Assembly: GCA_030704615.1 (NCBI GenBank)
Contig: JAKLZA010000068.1
Coordinates: 1-10,878 of the forward strand
Source of the DNA: Takakia lepidozioides
Taxonomy: Eukaryota; Plantae; Bryophyta
Reading direction: 5' to 3'
Length of the DNA: 10,878 bases
Positions 1-6,401 of this stretch are shown here, piece after piece. The notes below the pieces were generated by a model. That model worked only from the letters and a program-made list of their open reading frames with translations, did no database searches and was not told where the DNA came from. Position numbers and translations under genes: made by a program. Within the stretch, counting starts at the first letter, position 1. Each line of letters starts with the position of its first letter.

Positions 1-3000
1 CAGTATCGGGACGGCGCTCTTAGCGGTCCACTTCGCAATTCCTGTCTGAGTGTTTTTCCTCTGCTCGCCAGACAACCACAACAGCCTCTGTCGTCCAACA
101 CCATGCGGGCAAGCCGAATCCTTTCTTCCAAAAGCCTCCAGTACCTGTTCCAAGATGGCAAAGCTTGCAGTCCTTCCACAGGCTCTCCTCCGGATATCCA
201 AGATGATCATATCCGCAATAAAAAAAAAAAAGACCACTCGGTGCATTTCCCGCCCTCCTAAATCCTGTCTGCACACACCCCTCTCAAGAACGAGACCATA
301 TTCTGAAATCCTGGGGTGTCGGAAGGCTCTTCGGCAGTCGCCTTCTTCAGTGCTCTGCCCTTCAGACCCTCATGGTCTTCATGTATGCCAACTTGGCGCC
401 CGTCCATCCAAAGCCGCCAAGAAACTCTCATTTAACACACTGGACTACTGTTTCGGGAGCCACTTTCGGCCTCTTCATTCCACCGGCTCGAAAGGGTGCC
501 CCCCTGGGGGGTTGAAGAGTGCCTTCTTTGCCGAGCCAGTTCTCGTGCCTCTCGTGACAACGGTGGGCACAGGGGAGGCAGCCTGCGTTTGGGGTGTGGG
601 CTGGTTTTCAAAGTCTCTCTGAGTCCTCTTCCCTCACCCTCTTCCCTGAACAGGCTGTTTCTGCTTCTTCGTTTTGGCGGGTGTCACAACAGCTGCTCCT
701 TGCTGGCGAGTCCTCTTCTTCGACCCCTTCTGTTGGGCCTGCACAGCTGCATCCACCGTCTTTTGTGCCATCTCAGCTGCCTTTCTGGATTCTTCCAGAG
801 CAGCAGATTCCTTTGCCGACTTGGCCCAGCAGGGACACGTCTTTCCTTTCTCTTCTCTTCTGCCAAGGCGTGGCAGATCTTTCTCAGACTCGTCAACAAT
901 ACCGCCAGACATGTCCAGGTACCACGGGCATCCAACGAGATGCGCGGGATGCCATTGTTTCTGCATCTCGGGTGTGTAGACACAGCTTGGGCCCGCCACG
1001 GTCCAAGCCATGAAGAACGGGGGCTCTTGAGCCAGGGCCCCTGTCTGAAGGAGCACGTATTTCATATACCTGCAAGGCAGTCAGCATGCGTGAGCAAAAG
1101 TTGAGACCAACCTACTGCAGAGTGCCACCGAAAACATAAAATGCGAATGCGGTGCCGCATTTCCGAGACAAACCTCGTAACCAGGCTTCGCATACAAGGG
1201 CAGCTGTGCTTCACCTGTAAACAATTCGCATTGCAGCTTTCCCCGCTCCTCCTGATGTGTAACTCCACGCTCCTTCTTGCTGTCTGTAGCTCTCTGGCGA
1301 AAAGGTTGTCCTTGTACGCACATCTGAAACGTGTCACGTAGTCTTCCAATGTCTGTGTTCCATCCCATTTGACGTACAAGCCGAACGAATTTGTGTGCAT
1401 TACGACTTGCTCCTTCGCATTCGACATTACCTGCCATTCCCAAATGCATTGTCACGTAGCAGTTCAGGGAATTCATGTCAGAAAAGCAAATCTGGGGAAG
1501 TACCTTGAATTACCTGGAACCACCAAGTCATACGGTTGAGCCACACATCCACTGCAGGGTCGGAAACTTTCCAGTGGAAAAGACCACATTGTCCTTATGC
1601 TCTCGGATGCATTCCAGATCGACAGCCACCGTGTCTGCCATTTCCGATCCAATGTCAGTGGCTGGAAGAGAGTGGCTATTGCTAGGAAGGAAATTCAGTG
1701 CATTGAAACCTCACCTTCTCTTTCGCCTCCACACATGCCGTTGAGAGGTGATGCAGTTTTCTCCAATGCATGGTCGGCTGCATGGCCCGAGAATAGTGTT
1801 TTGCAATCTCGGGGATGAAGTCCTTTCCAAGTGCCGGATCTGCAATTGCCACCAGCTTCACAAGCTTTGACTTGTATTTGGTTCTGGACTTGACACCGGC
1901 TTCCTTCAAGTGCTCAGTCAATGACTGCAACGTTTTGACCTGCCCTCACTTTCCATGAAGAAGCGTTTGGCATGGGCCAAATCCAGCTTGATGTTTGACT
2001 GCCAACAAAAACATGCAGAAGCGTTACATTCGATTCATGTGGAAACATTACTGGAAATTGGGAAGGATGAGCAGAGGGAATTGGAGCACGACTTACTTCG
2101 TATATCACCTCCACCATTCCATCCATAGTGAGACGATACCATGTCCGGTCTGTTTTTGCAACGGCTTTCTGAATGAGCTCGGGCTCCAGCATTTCCGCAA
2201 ACATCTGCGGATCAGTAAGACCAGTTTTCCTCACCCTGTACAGCATATGTGCCATGTGGGTATGCACGTACGCATTCTCAGTGACCCTGCAAGGCACACT
2301 CTCCAGTTCAGTACACGGAAGCACGGAATCAAACCAGAATGGAAACCGAAATGCGGCACCGCATTTCGAATGTGCTAGGGAGGGTATGAGTATCTTACGA
2401 GTTGAGGTCCGCCATGGCATTCTTGAGGAGGGAGGAGTCTGCCGCCTTCACCTTGAGGATGACACACTCCACCATGTAATGCCAGCCAATGTGCTTGGCA
2501 TGGTTCTGCTTGATGTACTCCCCACCAGGCGAGAAGTCGGTGATTCCCGTCCCACACAAAGAACATTTTTCCCGACATATGGCCGAAGTCGGGATCACCC
2601 TTCAGCGTCGCCTCGAATTCGTGGTTGCGAGTGTGCCAGTGGGTATCCCACGTTGACAATTCATCGGCAGTGGGTCCACGGGTTTCGCCGTCCTCATTCT
2701 CTATGGAAACGTAAAACGCTGCCGATCCCAGACGGTACCCTTCTCGAAATGCGAACTTGAGCTTATCCACATCTCCGGGAAGGGCCTGCCTGACGATGGG
2801 AAGGGAGACCATGCGACAGAGTGGGATTCGAAGAGTCCGCTGGAATACCCTGCTGCCCAGAACTCTGCCAATGCTACTGTGTGTCTCCTCCAACATTTTA
2901 TCCGCTGCACTTTTGAAATCCTCCGGAGACATGTCTGTAGGTGCCGGTAGTGGCTGAGCAGGTGGAGCATCCTCAACTGGAGCTGCACTCTGGGGCCTGT

Positions 3001-3926
3001 GTGCGGGCAATTCTGCCATTGCAGAGGCCTCCTCCGGGCCTGCTAGCTCATCGGTGGTGAGGTCTGCCTGCGAACGTTCAGCGGCAGCACCCTCCTCCGG
3101 TACCAAATCGAGATCAACGGTCGATCCCATTGCCTTCGCTGCAGCAGAGTCGGCCCAACATCTGCAGGCGGGAAATCCTCCAGGAACTGAGCTTCAGCTC
3201 GTGGAAGCGGTTTTGCGGGAGATTGTTCGCCCGTCGCCCTGATTGCCTTCTGCTTCCTCATCCTTGCAGGTGAAGGTGTCTGCTGCAATGAATAGAATCT
3301 GTCTTCTACCCTGCTGCTTCATTCGCGTTGGGGGGGGTGAATCGGCCTGAGCCGGTTCAGAAGCCAGTAGAGGGACGGGCTGCTTCTTCTTCGACTTTGC
3401 TGGAGAAGGGCCCGACCCCTGCTGGCGATTCTCCATGATCGAAGAACGCGAGTCGATCTCTGAGACTTTGAACTTGCCCTTCGAAGACGCGTCTTTGAAT
3501 CGCAGAGGGCTAGGCCCGGCAGGAGTACCCGCGCTCGGGGATCGGGTGGGTGTACGTGCTGCAGCTAGCTCCTCGGACTCTTCCTGCGGCTCTTCGGATT
3601 CCTGCGATCCCTCCAGCACGTCCACCTTTCCTGTTAGGCATGCAAACATGTTCTGCATTCAAGTCTCCTAGCATTCAGTCTAAGAATTACAGAAGCAAAA
3701 TGGGGGGTTCGGTGCTCGATCAGCTGCGCGCAGCCCGATCGCATGGAGCTCTCACTGGTGGCTGGGTTGCCTGAGTGGCCTGCTGCTCGGAGATGGCAAT
3801 CTCCTCCTGTAGACGCATCTGCTTCCTCCCCTTCGGCATTGGCCTACGTCCGAAGTATAATTTCCGGAGCTTGCGACGAGGTCTCCTGTCTGGTGCACGA
3901 ACTCCCCCCCTCTCAGGTTCGAGCAT
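1..3926 (-). CDS. Multi-exon gene (frameshifted in this assembly, 3' end runs off window): disordered acidic/Pro/Ser-rich N-terminus, ParB/Srx-like domain, helical middle region, Lys/Ala-rich linker, putative DNA amino-methyltransferase-like C-terminus
   Basis: Manual reconstruction. Start ATG at 3926 or 3839. Approximate exons 3926-3756, 3630-2399, 2286-2097, 1998-1715, 1634-1514, 1430-1215, 1069-<1, separated by GT..AG introns of 80-145 nt. Stitches ORF-track pieces 3194..3658, 3043..3288, 2375..3130, 2395..2598, 1914..2420, 1682..1930, 1062..1427, 634..1065. Needs several 1-nt indel corrections (~3310, ~3153, ~2521, ~1940, ~1567, ~1302 and more below 640). Confidence 0.7.
70..219 (-). CDS. 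Putative N4-cytosine/N6-adenine DNA methyltransferase-like catalytic segment (fragment, frameshifted, truncated by window edge)
   Basis: 219-193 reads IADMIILDI, continuing PEE after a 1-nt correction (motif IV position, cf. vDLIltDPPY). 161-70 reads LPSWNRYWRLLEERIRLARMVLDDRGCCGCL in one frame (cf. 'W....a.rvLk..G.l' motifs V-VI). The SAM-binding motif I is not in the window. Local sequence quality is poor. Confidence 0.5.
1070..1214 (-). other. Spliceosomal intron (145 nt) containing one palindrome copy
   Basis: Donor CAG|GTGAAG, CTGAC branch-like motif, acceptor CCTTGCAG|. A phase-2 join gives KAAMRIVY-R-YMKYVLL. Confidence 0.65.
1431..1513 (-). other. Spliceosomal intron (83 nt)
   Basis: Donor CAG|GTAATT, acceptor TGGCAG|. 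Joins ...RMTWWFQ-VMSNAKEQ. An alternative donor AAG|GTACTT lies 10 nt further on. Confidence 0.55.
1635..1714 (-). other. Spliceosomal intron (80 nt)
   Basis: Donor AAG|GTGAGG, CTGAC branch-like motif, acceptor TGGCAG|. Removes an in-frame stop. Confidence 0.6.
1999..2096 (-). other. Spliceosomal intron (98 nt, phase 0)
   Basis: Consensus donor GAA|GTAAGT, T-rich acceptor TTTTTGTTGGCAG|. Joins ...VEVIYE-SNIKLDLAHAKRFF. Confidence 0.75.
2287..2398 (-). other. Spliceosomal intron (112 nt, phase 2) containing one palindrome copy
   Basis: Donor TC|GTAAGA, acceptor CCTTGCAG|G. Splicing joins ...MADLN-S-VTENAYVHT in frame. Confidence 0.8.
2399..2833 (-). CDS. ParB/Sulfiredoxin-like (ParB N-terminal fold) domain of the minus-strand gene
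   Basis: LRIPLCRMVSLPIVRQALPGDVDKLKFAFREGY...FYVS...KMFFVWDGNHRLLAWW, then after removing one base from the C4 run at 2520-2523, EYIKQNHAKHIGWHYMVECVILKV...LLKNAMADLN. This matches the ParB/Srx pattern: IPL start, 'V..L..S/F...G' helix, hydrophobic strand + DGxHR (GxxR patch; 2551-2537), later V-x-C-V-I strand and terminal Asn. Confidence 0.75.
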
Positions 3927-4274
3927 AAGAAGAACAGAGAGAGGGAAAGGGGCAAAGAGTGCAGATGGAAAGGGCGCGAGAGGGGTGACTGAGGAGACAC
4001 GACAAAAGTAGATGAAACGGCGGTGATGCACCACTTGGGTTCGAAAGGTTGGACGAAAGTGTCTCCTCGTGGAGTTTGCGTCATTACGAAATTCGAATCG
4101 TTGAGGGTACGCCTGCCGTCCGAAAATCAAACATCATTATCCAACGGTCAGGCCGCGCCGCCTCATGCCCCTTCAGTCAGATAGAGTGCCGACATGTGCA
4201 GCAATTCCGTTGCTCCACGTGTTCACATTCAAGGCATTTCCGTCCCAGCGTCTGATGAGTTGGAGCGAGAATGC

Positions 4275-5973
4275 GAATGCGGCGCCGCATTTCCGTTAAG
4301 TACGATCACTCTGCTACACATCCGTACTTGTTGGAAGAAATGCGGCACCGCATTTCCGTTCCACCTTCACATACCTTAGTTGTTGAACGGAAATACGGTG
4401 CCGCATTTCCGTCCCACAGCTCCATGTATGAGATTCAGAAGGGAAATGCGGCGCCGCATTTCCGTTCCCACTTCACATACGTTAGTTGATGAATGGAAAT
4501 GCCGTGCCACATTTCCGTTCGGGAAAGTATAGAGGTCTCACCTGGACAGAAATGCGGTGTCGCATTTCCGGTCTGGAAGGTTGAAGGTCTCACATGGATG
4601 GAAATGCGGCAACACATTTCCGTAGCACAGCTCCAGGCCGAATATACAAAACGGAAATGCGGCGCCGCATTTCCGTTCGAGAATGTCGGAAGGTGCGACT
4701 CGAACAGAAATGCGGTGCCGCATTTCTGTACCCGTTGCGCACGATTTTCAGTCAGAATGGAAATGCGGTACCGCATTTCCGTTCTGTAGAGTATTAACGT
4801 CTGACGCTGGCGGAAATGCCTCCCGCATTTCGTTCCACAGCTCCATGCCTCACATACAAAACGGAAATGCGGTGCCGCATTTCCGTTTTGGAATGTCGGA
4901 TGGTGGGACTCCGACGGAAATGCGGTACCGCATTTCAATTCCGATGTTTCAGGATATTTCATCAGAACGGAAATGCGGTGCCGCATTTCCTTTTAAATCT
5001 AATACATTCCGTTCTGGAATGTTGGGAGGTGCGACTCGGATGGAAATGCGCTGCCGCATTTCAGTTCCGATGGTTCACGATTTTCATCAGATCAGAACGG
5101 AAATGCGGTGCCGCATTTCCGTTCTGGAATGATGGTAGGTGCGACTCGGATGGAAATACGTTGCCGCATTTCAGTTCGATGGTTCACGATTTTCAGTCAG
5201 AACGGAAATGCGGTGCCGCATTCCGTTCTGGAATGATGGTAGGTGCGACTCGGATGGAAATACGGTGCCGCATTTCAGTTCAGATAGTTCACGATTTTCA
5301 GTCAGAACGGAAATGCGGTGCCGCATTTCCGTTCTGGATAGTGTTCGTGTCTCAACCGGTCGGAATTGCGCTGTATGAAGCTGTCGGAATCTTACTCGGC
5401 TCCAGCATCAGATACAAAATGGAAATGCGGCGCCGCATTTCCTTTATGGAATGTCGAAAAGTGCGACTTTGACGGAAATGCGGTGCCGCATTTCTGTTCC
5501 CGTTGTTCATAATTCTCAATCAGAACGGAAATGCGGTACCGCATTTCCGTTCCACCTTCACATACCGTGCTTGTTGAATGAAAATGCGGTACCGCATTTC
5601 CGTTCTCGAGAGTATGAATGTCTTTTAAGGACGGAAATGTGCTGCAGCATTTCTATCCCTCAGCTCCATGCATCAGATACAAAATGGAAATGCGGCGCCG
5701 CATTCCCGTTCTGGAATGTCGAAAAGTGCGACTCGGACGGAAATGCGGTGCCGCATTTCTGTTCCCGTTGTTCATAAATCTCAATCAGAACGGAAATGCG
5801 GTACCGCATTTCCGTTCCACCTTCACATACCGTGCTTGCTGGATGGAAATGCGTTACCGCATTTCCGTTCTGGAGAGTATAAAGGTTTCCCCCGGACGGA
5901 AACTCGGTGCCGCATTTCCGTCGCTCTGTTGCATGACCAAGATGCAATACGGAAATGCGGCGCCGTATTTCCG
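4275..5973. repeat. Array of ~32 palindromic 24-bp units (CGGAAATGCGGYRCCGCATTTCCG) with ~29-bp spacers, 53-bp period
   Basis: Unit starts at 4335, 4388, 4441, 4494, 4547, 4599, 4652, 4705, 4758, 4811, 4862, 4915, 4968, 5041, 5098, 5151, 5203, 5255, 5308, 5361 (degenerate), 5420, 5473, 5526, 5579, 5632, 5685, 5738, 5791, 5844, 5897, 5950, plus a first copy at ~4275. Confidence 0.97.
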
Positions 5974-6401
5974 TCCACCAGCAATCGACAGAATCACTCG
6001 TGACGGGAAATCTGGAACCTCAATGGGTTGCATTGTTCCGAAACAACACAATTGCGGCCAGTCTTGATGAGCACAACTTGGTTGTCTGACCGTTTTAACC
6101 AGCAGTCCTGGCACTTGTCAGTGCGAACGTTCCTGTCTGCACCGAGAATACTGCTGGATCCACCCTCAGGAGAAACTGTCAGGAGATGTTATTTCGTCGC
6201 CGAATCGGCCATCATTGTCCTACTCACTGGCTATGGAATCAAACCTCCCACCTTCATGCATGTAGCTTGAAACAATACTTTCCACTTCAATGTGCGACTT
6301 CCAATTGTCGATGGACTCCGCAGATCCACTTAGATGGTGCCTGTGAGCCTTGGTCTGTCGCTATACTGAACCTCGCACTTGCCAACTCCGTGCGGTGTTC
6401 G

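Noticed and set aside
220-231. Poly(A) tail of a retroposed insertion
   Set aside because: There is no associated SINE/LINE body or TSD. It lies within an error-rich coding stretch and is likely a homopolymer artefact.
50-1104. Plus-strand ORFs 50..622, 496..1104, 594..1013
   Set aside because: They are antisense shadows of the minus-strand gene with no recognisable motifs.
4275-5973. CRISPR array (24-bp palindromic repeat + 29-bp spacers)
   Set aside because: Spacers are not unique but recur as five families in higher-order repeats. There are no cas genes, and the context is eukaryotic with spliceosomal introns.
2375-5973. Bacterial/plasmid parABS locus or contaminating prokaryotic contig
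   Set aside because: There is no ParA Walker ATPase, both genes have GT-AG introns, and the palindrome differs from the canonical parS TGTTTCACGTGAAACA. Only the analogy is kept.
4275-5973. GGYRCC core as a BanI-type restriction-modification target
   Set aside because: The degeneracy is fully explained by CpG decay or a YR step, and no restriction enzyme is encoded.
4194-6114. Many overlapping ORFs with KCGAAFPF / EMRCRISV / GNAAPHF repeats
   Set aside because: These are translation artefacts of the palindromic array. The same peptides appear in all frames on both strands.
6186-6401. Upstream extension of the transposase ORF from the ATG at 6186
   Set aside because: Composition is non-globular and UTR/intron-like. 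ATG 6402 has a better context (ATGG) and begins the domain-like sequence, though the earlier start cannot be fully excluded.
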